A stretch of 64,000 nucleotides of DNA from Macrostomum lignano (lineage: Eukaryota): positions 190,095 through 254,094 of the forward strand of contig NIVC01001665.1 in assembly GCA_002269645.1 (NCBI GenBank), given 5' to 3'. The notes beneath the pieces were generated by a model, which saw nothing but the letters and a program-made list of their open reading frames with translations, was not told the DNA's origin and did not search any database. Below are positions 1-11,789 of this stretch, piece by piece (the stretch's first letter is position 1; each line of letters begins with the position of its first letter). The translations under genes were made by a program, and so were the position numbers.

Positions 1-3000
1 CCTAGTCAGATATTTGATAATCTGCTGCTTCTCGGTCTCCAGAGCCGCTTCCGACTTGTTGTGCAGAATATTCCGACACTGCAGTTCCTCCGGCGTCGGT
101 CGTTGACTCAGGCGACGTTCCAGCACGCTGCCGATTCTGTCGCGCTCCTCGCGACGCTCCTGGGACGGCACTCGACGTACCGATAGAATCTGGCGACGTT
201 CGACTTTCTGAGATTCTAGAAATCTGGCTAGAGAATCTTTGCGCTTGATTTTTGCTGCCAGGCCTGAGCGGGGAGCGGCGCCGGCGGTGGATGAGCCGCC
301 TGACGTGTCGGCGGCGGCGGCTGAAGACGGCGACGTGTTGGCGGTGGTGACAGCGGCTGGACGGGTTCCGCTGCGGGAGGCCTGGAAGGGGTTGAAAGGT
401 TTAGATGATTGCTATTTGACATAGTGGTTGGATCAAGTTGGGGATCTGGGGGGGGAGTGGGATCAAGTTGGGGATCTGGGAGGGGAGTTGGGTCAAGTTG
501 GGGATCTGGGAGGGGAGTTGGGTCAAGTTGGGGATCTGGGAGGGGATTTGGGTCAAGTTGGGGATCTAGGAGGGGATTTGGGTCAAGTTGGGGATCTGGG
601 AGGGGATTTGGGTCAAGTTGGGGATTTGGGAGGGGATTTGGGTCAAGTTGGGGATTTAGGAGGGGATTTGGGTCAAGTTGGGGATCTAAGGGGAGTTGGG
701 TCAAGTAGGGGATCTAAAGGGAGTTAGATCAAGTTGGGGATCTGGGAGGGGAGTTGGGTCAAGTTGGGGATCTGGGAGGGGATTTGGGTCAAGTTGGGGA
801 TCTGGGAGGGGATTTGGGTCAAGTTGGGGATCTGGGAGGGGATTTGGGTCAAGTTGGGGATTTGGGAGGGGATTTGGGTCAAGTTGGGGATTTGGGAGGG
901 GAGTTGGGTCAAGTTGGGGATCTAAGGGGAGTTGAGTCAAGTTGGGGATCTAAAGGGAGTTAGATCAAGTTGGGGATCTGGGAGGGGAGTTGGGTCAAGT
1001 TCGGGATCTGGGAGGGGAGTTAGGTCAAGTTCGGGATCTGGGAGGGGATTTGGGTCAAGTTGGGGATTTGGGAGGGGATTTGGGTCAAGTTGGGGATTTG
1101 GGAGGGGATTTGGGTCAAGTTGGGGATCTGGGAGGGGAGTTGGATCAAGTAAAGGATCTGGAAGGGGAGTTGGATCAAGTTGGGGATTTGGGAGGGGATT
1201 TGGGTCAAGTTGGGGATCTGGGAGGGGAGTTGGATCAAGTTAAGGATCTGGAAGGGGAGTTGAAATAATTTGGGATCTGGGAGACTGGTTGGATCAAGTT
1301 GGGGAACTGGGACAGTGGTTGGATCAAGCTGGGTATCTGAGAGGGGATTTGGGTCAAGTTGGGGATCTGGGAGGGGATTTGGGTCAAGTTGAGGATTTGG
1401 GAGGGGATTTGGGTCAAGTTGGGGATCTAAAGGGAGTTAGATCAAGTTGGGGATCTAAAGGGAGTTGGGTCAAGTTGAGGATCTGGGAGGGAAGTTGGGT
1501 CAAGTTCGGGATCTGGGAGGGGAGTTGGGTCAAGTTCGGGATCTGGGAGGGGATTTGGGTCAAGTTGAGGATCTGGGAGGGGAGTTGGGTCAAGTTCGGG
1601 ATCTAGGAGGGGATTTGGGTCAAGTTGAGGATCTGGGAGGGGAGTTGGGTCAAGTTGGGGATCTGGGAGGGGAGTTGGGTCAAGTTGGGGATCTAAAGGG
1701 AGTTAGATCAAGTTGGGGATCTGGGAGGGGAGTTGGGTCAAGTTCGGGATCTGGGAGGGGAGTTGGGTCAAGTTCGGGATCTGGGAGGGGATTTGGGTCA
1801 AGTTGAGGATCTGGGAGGGGAGTTGGGTCAAGTTCGGGATCTGGGAGGGGAGTTGGGTCAAGTTCGGGATCTGGGAGGGGATTTGGGTCAAGTTGGGGAT
1901 CTGGGAGGGGATTTGGGTCAAGTTGGGGATTTGGGAGGGGATTTGGGTCAAGTTGGGGATTTGGGAGGGGATTTGGGTCAAGTTGGGGATTTGGGAGGGG
2001 ATTTGGGTCAAGTTGGGGATTTAGGAGGGGACTTGGGTCAAGTTGAGGATCTGGGAGGGGAGTTGGGTCAAGTTGAGGATCTGGGAGGGGAGTTGGGTCA
2101 AGTTCGGGATCTAGGAGGGGATTTGGGTCAAGTTGAGGATCTGGGAGGGGAGTTGGGTCAAGTTGGGGATCTGGGAGGGGAGTTGGGTCAAGTTGGGGAT
2201 CTAAAGGGAGTTAGATCAAGTTGGGGATCTGGGAGGGGAGTTGGGTCAAGTTCGGGATCTGGGAGGGGAGTTGGGTCAAGTTCGGGATCTGGGAGGGGAT
2301 TTGGGTCAAGTTGAGGATCTGGGAGGGGAGTTGGGTCAAGTTCGGGATCTGGGAGGGGAGTTGGGTCAAGTTCGGGATCTGGGAGGGGATTTGGGTCAAG
2401 TTGGGGATCTGGGAGGGGATTTGGGTCAAGTTGGGGATTTGGGAGGGGATTTGGGTCAAGTTGGGGATTTGGGAGGGGATTTGGGTCAAGTTGGGGATTT
2501 GGGAGGGGATTTGGGTCAAGTTGGGGATTTAGGAGGGGACTTGGGTCAAGTTGAGGATCTGGGAGGGGAGTTGGGTCAAGTTGAGGATCTGGGAGGGGAG
2601 TTGGGTCAAGTTGGGGATCTGGGAGGGGAGTTGGGTCAAGTTCGGGATCTGGGAGGGGATTTAGGTCAAGTTGAGGATCTGGGAGGGGAGTTGGGTCAAG
2701 TTCGGGATCTGGGATGGGAGTTGGGTCAAGTTCGGGATCTGGGAGGGGATTTGGGTCAAGTTGAGGATCTGGGAGGGGAGTTGGGTCAAGTTCGGGATCT
2801 GGGAGGGGATTTGGGTCAAGTTGAGGATCTGGGAGGGGAGTTGGGTCAAGTTGAGGATCTGGGAGGGGAGTTGGGTCAAGTTCGGGATCTGGGAGGGGAG
2901 TTGGGTCAAGTTCGGGATCTGGGAGGGGATTTGGGTCAAGTTGAGGATCTGGGAGGGGAGTTGGGTCAAGTTCGGGATCTGGGAGGGGATTTGGGTCAAG

Positions 3001-6000
3001 TTGAGGATCTGGGAGGGGAGTTGGGTCAAGTTGAGGATCTGGGAGGGGAGTTGGGTCAAGTTCGGGATCTGGGAGGGGATTTGGGTCAAGTTGAGGATCT
3101 GGGAGGGGAGTTGGGTCAAGTTGGGGATCTGGGAGGGGAGTTGGGTCAAGTTCGGGATCTGGGAGGGGATTTGGGTCAAGTTGAGGATCTGGGAGGGGAG
3201 TTGGGTCAAGTTCGGGATCTGGGAGGGGAGTTGGGTCAAGTTCGGGATCTGGGAGGGGATTTGGGTCAAGTTGGGGATCTGGGTCAAGTTGGGGATTTGG
3301 GAGGGGATTTGGGTCAAGTTGGGGATTTGGGAGGGGATTTGGGTCAAGTTGGGGATTTAGGAGGGGACTTGGGTCGAGTTGGGGATCTGGGAGGGGATTT
3401 GGGTTAAGTTGGGGATCTGGGAGGGTGGTTGGATTAAGTTGGGACAGCGATTGGAGCAAGTAGAGGGATCTGGAAAAATAGCAACAGCCCCAAAGAGTGA
3501 AAATGGAGGATCTAGACAGATATACTAATAACAAGAGCATTTTAACAGCTTACCTTATCCTTCCCCTTGCTTCCTGGCAGTTTAATGATGCCCCGCTCAG
3601 GCTGCCTGCTCAGGTCCGGCTGTTTAGCGGGCACCTGCTCGTAGCCTTCCATCCCGGGAACGCTGTCGTCAGCTTCCTCATCACCGTCGATGGAGCTGTC
3701 TTCATCGATGTCGTCGTCATCTTCATCGGCAACATCGTCGTAGAATCGATCGCCGCTTTGTTGATCAACATTAGCTGCCTCATCGCTGTCCGAATCGCTA
3801 TTATGGTGATTATTATTACTACTACTATTATTATTATTAGTATTGGAGTCGTCTTCATCGCTATAATCGTTGGCAAGTGGCGACACGGGAACTGTAGCGG
3901 ATGCGGAGGCTGCGAGCAGCTGTTGTTGACGTTGAATTAATTGCTTCTGCAGCATCAGGTGCTGAGATTGGCCAGCCGCTGATGAATATGACAGGTCTAC
4001 TGTTGGCGCGGAGCTGATGCTCTGATTGTTGTTGTTATTGTGATGCTGCTGTTTGCTGTTAGCGCTGACAATGGCTGGAATCAGGGACAAGTATCAGATT
4101 TATTTGTTATAATCATTCTTATTTACTAATAGCAAAAATTATCCATACTACTGACAAGTACTTCATACTACTCACGAGTACTTCAATATTACTCAGGAGT
4201 ACTCCAATATTACTCACGATTACTCATCCTACTCACGAGTACTTCAATATTACTCAGGAGTACTCCAATATTACTCACGATTACTCATCCTACTCACGAG
4301 TACTTCAATATTACTCAGGAGTACTCCAATATTACTCACGATTACTCATCCTACTCACGAGTACTCTATACTACTCCTGAGTACTCTATACTACTCCTGA
4401 GTACTCTATACTACTCCTGAGTACTCTATACTACTCCTGAGTACTCTATACTACTCCCGAGTACTCTATACTAATCTACTGCAATATTACTCACGAGTAT
4501 TCTACACTCACGAGTAATTAATTATACTACTCACGAGTACTCTATACTACTCCAGAGTACTCTACACTACTCACGAGTACTTTATACTTTATACTTCATC
4601 TCAGTCTGGTCTGAGTTAGAGGCACATCCTCATGCTTGTAGCGATGCCTCCTGGCCTGGGCAGTCTCCGCACATCTAGTCTTGGTTGTCGCTCCTCCGCC
4701 TGAGTTGACTGCCTGCGACTCGTTATTGCCTTTCCCGATTAGCTGCTCCAGTAATTCATGGGACAAAGCGGCCTTGCTCTCCGTTTGAAGTCCTGTCGAA
4801 GTAATGTGGTCCACGTGCCGTTTCCAGACCATGCGGCCTACTTTCACCAGACATGAGAGTTGTGCACGGCGTTTAAGAATTTCTCCGACGGCCCATTTGT
4901 CCTCTCCTTGCTTCCTGAAGTCGAGCACGAGCACAGATTCTCCAGGTTCAAACTCACGGGCTACTTTTGAAGCTCCCTTGTCGTGTTGCTGCTTCTGCTG
5001 CTCCTGCTTCTCAGCAACTCTTTGCTCGGTGTCCTGGTGAAGATGACTAAGTTTAGTTCTTGGCGAGTACTTTAGCATCATCTCGCTAGGCGTCTTGCCG
5101 GTTGTAGAGTGTGGCGTAACTCGGTAGCGCGCTAGAAAAGCATTTAGGCATCCTAGTGCATCATGAGAGTCCTTCATGCCCGCTCTTAACGCTCTTTTGG
5201 CGGTCTGAACCATTCGTTCGGCTAGTCCATTCGATCTTGGATGCCCCACCGACGTCAGAATTTGTGTGATGCGGCAGCTTCGAAGGTAGTTTTTAAATTC
5301 CTCAGCAGTGAACTGCGACCCATTGTCAGAGAGGATTTGCCTCGGATAACCATATCTCGCGAAAGTTTCCTGCAGCTTGCTGATCGTGCCATGGGCAGTC
5401 GCCGACCTCATCGGGTAAATTTCAACCCATTTGGTTGTGGCATCGACAACGACAAGCCACATGAACCCGTAGCATGGACCAAAGAAGTCCAAGTGAAGTC
5501 GAGTCCATGCCTTTTCTGGCCAGAGCAGCGGCTGCAGTGGCGCCTGTGGCGGCAGGTTCCTCTGCGCTTGACAGCCCTTGCATTTGGTTAGAGCCGTCTC
5601 GATGTCTTTATCGATCCCTGGATACCATACATGCAGCCGTGCCAGGGACTTCATGCCCACAATGCCGGGGTGCCCTTCGTGTAGCAGTTGCAGTAGCTGC
5701 TGCTTCAGTGAAGCAGGGATCAACATCCTGATGCCCCAAAAGATGACTCCATCTTCAACACTCAGCTCGTTTCGCCTCGAGTGGTAGGGCTGAAGCTCTT
5801 GTTCGCTATGTTCTGGCCACCCAAAACGACAGTATCGCAGAACACGGGACAGATTTTCGTCCATCGCTGTTGCTCTCTTTAACTCTCCATGGTCGATTGG
5901 TTGAGCCTCTATGCGATTCTGGAACACACCATCCTCCGTGGACTTAGTACTCTCCAGCGGCAGTCTTGACAACGCGTCCGCATTTCCATATTCGTCTGTC

Positions 6001-9000
6001 CGCCTGTATCGAATCTCGAACTGATAGGCTGACAGAATCACAGCCCAGCGCTGCAACCGACTGGCAGCTATGCTTGGAATGTTGTTCTTCGGACCGAATA
6101 TCGTCACAAGCGGTTTATGTTCAGTGACCAGAATAAACCGTCTGCCGTACAAATACTGGTGGAACTTTTTCACCGCGAAGACTATTGCTAAACCTTCCTT
6201 TTCTATCTGCGAATAGTTCTTCTCAGCCTTGGACAGGCCTCTGGACGCATAACAGATCGGCTTCTCATCCGAATCGCTCATAATGAGTGAAAGCACCGCG
6301 CCGACACCATAGCATGACGCGTCAGTATGAACATTTGCGCTCAGATGCTTTATTTTCCTACCTTTGTAGCTCTGCTTGGGTTTGAACTTCTTCTTGCTGT
6401 GCGACGGTTGGTTTCCGCTGAACTGCTTCTGCTTCGTCCTGCACGCCTTCTCAACATGACCTGGTTTATTGCATCGACTGCAGACATGCGATCTTTTGGG
6501 ACAGCTTCTCGCCCAGTGCCCAGAAGAGAGGCACCTGTAGCACCGGTCGTCTGAACTGGCCGGATTCGTCGGTCCCGATCCCTTAGCAGATGATCTTCCA
6601 TATACCGCATTGGCCTGAGCCAGGCCGACAATGTCTCTTCCAGTGTGGATCTGCATTGCACCCTTCTCTGCGATTTCGATTGCTGTCGAGATTTTAACTG
6701 CGTCGTCCAGTGAAACATCGTCCTCCTGCAGCAGCCTTTGCTGTGTCAGCTTGCTTCGTAGTCCACAAACCAGTCTGTCTCTGATCGCCTCCGACAAAAA
6801 GCCTCCAAACGAACAGGTCGCCGCCAACTTCCGTAGCTGCGCGACGTACTCTGCAATGGATTCGCCTTCCTGCTGGCTTCGGTGATGAAAGTTGTATCTC
6901 TCGACGATTCTTTTCGGCGTTGGGGTGAAATGCGTTCGTAACTTTTCAATTAAATCATCGTAGGATTTGTCCTTCGGAGAGTCTGGAGACAGTAAGTCTG
7001 AGCAACGTATAGCAGTCTTCACCAATTACTGTGATGAGCTCGGCTCGCTTAATCTCCTCTTTGGTGATGGATTTAGCGATGAAGTATTGTTCCAGACGCT
7101 CCTCGTATACAGTCCACCTTTCAGGTCGTGCCGGATCAAATGTGCTGATTTTCGAAGCAGTATTTGGCGCGGTCATTTTGTCTTCTTCTGAAGAATCCTC
7201 GTCGCCAATGTTACATCCGACTTCCGTTACCAACTCGAAGTCCATGTGAATTATGGTTAGTAATCTCAAGCTTGGTAGCGGGCTCTTGCCATGCCGATGT
7301 TAACATTCATTTCCTTTATATTTGCTCTCCTTATATTAGCTTTAGAACGCAGGGTTAACAGGGGCAGTGTCTATGGCCAATGTGTGTGAAATGAAATATA
7401 CTTTATATGCGCATATACCACAATACTACTCACAAGTACTCTATACTACTTACGATTACTCTATACTACTCACGAGTACTCCATACTCGTCTTGAATGTT
7501 AACGCTGCAACTCACCGAGAGGTCGATTGTCGCTAACGCTGGTTTCTCCAGACTTTGGCGTCGAACTGACGTGACGAAGCATCGACATGCCGGGAGGCTG
7601 ACCGCCGCCTGCGCCGCCGAGAGCCGCTGGGCCAACAGGCAGTACGGGCACCCCGCCTGATACACGGGCAGTTGGCGAAGCTGCAGATGGTTTGAATGGT
7701 TTCAGGAATGAAGAGGCGTTTGGCGAATTAGTAGGCGGATGAAGATGGCTGATGAAGAGATGAAGGGGCGGATTACTCAGAGAAATATTCTTGAAGCAGC
7801 AAGACCCAAGGATTCTTATAAAATATACATTGATTCCGACTACAGGCAATCATTTTCAACTCAAACTTCAAAGCAGATCGGGCAAAATGACGCGATGTGA
7901 CGTGATGATAGACTAGCTTGACATGCACATAGGGGCTAATTAATAACAAATTTTACTAAACCTATTAGTCTATCACACAACAGGCAATGCTTACACTGAA
8001 AATTATAATAAATTTTAGTTCCAAGCAAATTAGAGATCTTGCATGGCATTGCAAAATGCAAAAAAACACAAGTTTAATAATTTTTAATATGCTATTCATT
8101 CTTTATGTTTAAGTAAGTGAGCAGCTGGGAGGCTGGTCAAGCAACTGACACTCTGGGAGGCTGGCCTAGCAACTGAGGATTTAAGAGGCTGGCCCAGAAA
8201 CTGAGGATCTGGGAGGCTGGCCCAGCAACTGACACTGGGAGGCTGGCCCAGCAACTGAGGATCTGGGAGGCTGGCCCAGCGACTGAGGATCTGGGAGGCT
8301 GGCCCAGCGACTGAGGATCTGGGAGGCTGGCCCAGCGACTGAGGATCTGGGAGGCTGGCCCAGCAACTGAGGATCTGGGAGGCTGGCCCAGCAACTGAGG
8401 ATCTGGGAGGCTGGCCCAGCAACTGAGGATCTGGGAGGCTGACAGCATTGGGAGACGCAGTCAGAAACAAATCGTGCATATCTGGTAGTAAAAAATAAAA
8501 AAAGAACTTTCTGAAAGCACACGGGTAAAAGTCACTAGTTTGCCATGCACTTTTCGACAAATAATATTTTAACAGCGGATGCACTGCCGAAAAAAACAAA
8601 TTTTCAAAAAACTGAAAGCCACACCAAAGCTAAACTGCTGCTGGTCTGAGATGGGCAACTGAGGCGAAAGGATCAATAGAGGCCGAGGCCGAGCAGGTCG
8701 ACCTTGATCAGCATTGTCAGCTGACAGAATCCGATGGAACGGTCTGGGCCGCAGTGCTACAGACGATTGGTCAATCAGCTGATCAGAATTAGTGCTGGCC
8801 TTTCTACGCATCTTTTGTTGCTGCTGCTGCTGTTGTTGCTGGTGACTCGGCAACAACCGAATACGCGGAGCTGATCGATGTGTTAGCGTGCGTTCACAAA
8901 GATATATTAATATACCGCGATCATAGTATCACGATAAAGGCGTTTCACAAGCCTCAGATTTTACAATTTTGAAAGTTCACAAACTCGAAAGGTCACAAGT

Positions 9001-10002
9001 TCGAAAGTTTACAAACTCGAATGGGTCACAATTTTGAAAGTTCACAAACTCGAATTGGTCACAATTTTGAAAGTTCACAAACTAGAATGTTACAAGTTTT
9101 AAAGTTCACAAACTCGAAAGGTCACAAAGTCGAAGGGTCACAAACTCGAAAGGTCACAAACTCGAAAGGTCACAAACTCGAAAGGTCACAAGTTTTTTTC
9201 AAGTTCACAAACTCGAATGGGTCACAAGTTGTTCGAAAGTTCACAAACTCGAAAGTTCACAACTTTGACTTTGATGTTTCTGGCTACGTTTGATCAAAGT
9301 GATGAAATTTTGTCGTATCATATTAACGTATATAATAACAAAACATTTGCCAGTGACATCAACATACAAAAATAAAATCTTGAAAGGAAGTTTTTTTACT
9401 GGGAAAAAACTAAATTAATGAGCTCACCGGATTGCAGGCCTGGTGAAGGCACAGAGTTACTATCGAAGCCTGCTGTGTCAGGGGCTTCAACTGTGTCAGC
9501 GGCTGAAATATTAAAATTTGATTGAAGACAGTGGGTGGAAAGTGGGGGAGAGGGAAGATAAGTGAGGGAGAGGTGAAATAAGTGAGGGAGAGGTGAAATA
9601 AGTGAGGGAGAGGTGAGATAAGTGAGGGAGAGGTGAGGTAAGTGAGGGAGAGGGGAGATGAGTGAGGGAGAGGGGAGATGTGAGGGAGAGGGACATAAGT
9701 GAGGCAGATAAAAGTAGATAAAGCAAGCTCACCTCCAGCATTAGCCGCCTGCTCCTCCAGCAGCTTTGGTTGCTGGCCATTTTTCTTCTTTCGCTTCCAT
9801 TTCCATGGCTTGAGCAGTTTGCCTAAACCGGCCAATTTGTGTCCTCGGTGGACCCCAGCAGTGGCGGACTTGCTGTTGCCGCTTGCACTGCTGCCAGAAG
9901 TGGCCACAGGGAATGCTCCGTCACACCCATCGCTGCTGCCATTTTCGGCTAGGGCTGCGGCGAGTTCTTGGGCTGATAGGCTGCCTCGAACTGCTGTGGT
10001 GC
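1..10002 (-). CDS. PHACTR: Phosphatase and actin regulator (PHACTR) gene, partial at both ends. Exons: 10002-9733, 9502-9428, 8870-8625, ~7680-7516 (acceptor uncertain), 4074-3554, 381-<1
   Basis: The N-terminal motif KLAGLGKLLKPWKWKRKKK matches the PHACTR KPWKWRKKK box. The last exon encodes KIKRKDSLARFL...IGSVLERRLSQRPTPEELQCRNIL (RPEL repeat). All junctions are GT-AG with matching phases (1,1,1,1,0). The start exon was not found; the acceptor at 10002 needs an upstream phase-1 exon. Confidence 0.88.
429..3440 (+). repeat. G-rich 30-bp minisatellite, about 100 copies, consensus GGGATCTGGGAGGGGAGTTGGGTCAAGTTG, filling a PHACTR intron (382-3553)
   Basis: Periodicity read directly. Occasional 29-nt variant units (ATCTAAAGGGAGTTAGATC) occur at ~713, 949, 1426, 1691 and 2199. 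Confidence 0.98.
4150..4595. repeat. TACTC-rich minisatellite (20/21-bp monomers; a 61-bp higher-order unit x3), resuming at 7423-7495 beyond the gypsy insertion
   Basis: Units such as TACTCCTGAGTACTCTATAC repeat on both sides of the retroelement. Confidence 0.93.
4596..7176 (-). pseudogene. gag-RNase H-integrase fusion ORF lacking protease and RT; frameshift near 6997
   Basis: Gag starts MTAPNT... and has two CCHC knuckles (CYRCLSSGHWARSC, CSRCNKPGHVEKAC). It runs straight into RNase H (TDASCYGVGAVL...EHKPL), integrase HHCC (HEGHPG...CKGC) and the DDE core (LHLDF...SDNGSQF...GLAERMV). An apparent 2-nt loss (CTCAGA[GA]CTTACTG) shifts the frame in early gag. Confidence 0.9.
7209..7422 (-). 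repeat. 5' LTR (214 bp) of the gypsy element
   Basis: Begins TGTGG and ends TAACA, directly abutting the primer-binding site. Confidence 0.8.
8125..8440 (+). repeat. 28-bp minisatellite GAGGATCTGGGAGGCTGGCCCAGCAACT in a PHACTR intron
   Basis: About 10 tandem units read directly. Confidence 0.95.
8965..9262 (+). repeat. Degenerate minisatellite built on GAAAG(T/G)TCACAAACTC
   Basis: Repeated TCACAAACTCGAAAG motifs in PHACTR intron 8871-9427. Confidence 0.85.
9545..9700 (+). repeat. 20-bp purine-rich minisatellite AGTGAGGGAGAGGTGAAATA
   Basis: About 7 units filling intron 9503-9732. Confidence 0.93.
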
Positions 10003-10322
10003 CTGGTTGATTATAATATTGTTTAATATTGCTGCACAGAATGATGCATTGGTCATATTGGTATAAATTCGTAACCTTGTTTATTGACTTTAATAACAAT
10101 AATTTTATTATAGCCAAAAACTCTATTCTAGAATCAAAATAAGCTAGACTGATTTATACAAATTTTAGTAATTAATATTTTCAATTCCTGTGGCTTACAG
10201 AGATGGAAAAAGAGAAGGAAGGGAGAAGGAAGTTATATCAAGTAATTATAACCAAGTATTAGAAAATAGACCTTGAATAGTTTTAGGCCAAAAATATGGC
10301 CCATTTTTATCTATATATATAT

Positions 10323-10471
10323 AAACAAACTAAGTAAGTCATTTAAAAAGTTACTTTGAATTGTTTGTTTTTTAATATATATATTTTTCACAGGGAAAAA
10401 TATATATATAAATATATATTAAAAAACAAACAATTCAAAGTAACTTTTTAAATGACTTACTTAGTTTGTTT
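10323..10471. repeat. AT-rich palindrome with perfect 60-bp arms (partial second copy at 15051-15161)
   Basis: 10323-10382 is the exact reverse complement of 10412-10471. Confidence 0.92.
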
Positions 10472-11789
10472 CTCAGTTATTGTAGTAAAAAATTGTCAAA
10501 ACAATGTGTTATTGAAATCAATTATTATCAAAATTATCTACATCCCTTGGCCTTGAATTGAGTTCTATTTTAGTTAGACTTAGACTTACAGTATAATAAA
10601 AAATCATAATATTAATTAGTAATAATATAGACTATTAAAATCAACATGTCTATACAGTTTGCTAGCAGGAAATCTACTAGCTGAAGCTTGCTAGCAAGGA
10701 TTTTGTTAGCTGAAATCTGCTAGCAGGAATCTAATCAAAACCAGTGAGCAGCAATTTGGTTAGCCAAACTTAATATAATACAATTCTAAATTACAAGAAT
10801 TTGAATGCACTTCATATACAAAATGTGTTTGTTAAAAACACATTAAAATGTGGCTGCTTTGGTCAAGATAAACCTATTTTCTTTTTTGAAGTATTTAGGT
10901 AAAGGCTGATCAGACTAAAATTATAAGCAGGCCCAACAAAACAATCAAAATTTTTTTCAAAACAGGTAGTTTAGGTAGTTAAGTTTTAACATACTTATAT
11001 ATAACTCTTAGTCTAAATAGCTAGCAGTAGCAGTATGAGCTATTTACTTGTATGAATCAAGGTGGCTCAAATTAGAATCAAAACATACAATAAATAAAAA
11101 GAGCAAGGCAGCAAGTTTGGCTAGCAAATTCCTAGCTACTAGCATATTTTGGTTAGCTAGCTTCCTACTACCAAATATTGGCTAGCCATATATATTGTCA
11201 TATTCAAAATTGTCATATGATAATGACAACTTGACCAAATCCATAAGACTAACATTTAAATATGACAACCTTGAGTCTTGACTACAGGGCAAGGCAGGGA
11301 ATTAGATTAGGAAAAAATATATCAGTCAATTAAGAAAATAATAAAAACTAATAATGGTAACCTCAACACAAAAAAATAAGTCAAATTCTTAGAAATGGAA
11401 TCCAATTCAATAAAATAGTGTATTTTTCAGAACCTTAAAATAAATTTACATACATACAAGTAATTCATATTATTGCAAAGGAATATTATCCAAAATAAAA
11501 TTTCTGATACAGAATACACCAGAATGCTCAATCAAGCTCCTTGTGAAAAATTTTTGAGGCAAAAACTATTCACTAGCTATGCTACTTCTAAGGTGAAGTG
11601 ATTTGTGAGTAGTGCTGGCTTTTTTTCATCAACCGAGTGTTGAGATTGATTTTGCCATAGACGATGTTTTTCGCTTGTCTTTCCATCTATCTATCCTATC
11701 TATTTGATGCCTAGTGTATAATAACTCAGCTTAGTTACCTGCATTCCTTAGATTTATACCCTTTTTGGCCACTTCAAATAAATTGATGG

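Larger units (their letters stand above)
4596..7422 (-). mobile_element. Ty3/gypsy LTR retrotransposon (K02A2.6/Mag-like), internally deleted, with only the 5' LTR
   Basis: 5' LTR TGT...AACA (7422-7209) is followed by a TTGGCGACGAGG primer-binding site, then gag, RNase H and integrase. No second LTR or polypurine tract follows the stop codon. Confidence 0.93.

Noticed and set aside
228-3540. Long ORFs of PDPQLDP, GDLGQV or WEGIWVKL repeats (up to 450 aa)
   Set aside because: These are translations of the 30-bp intronic satellite, which is open in several frames on both strands. PHACTR splices across it in phase.
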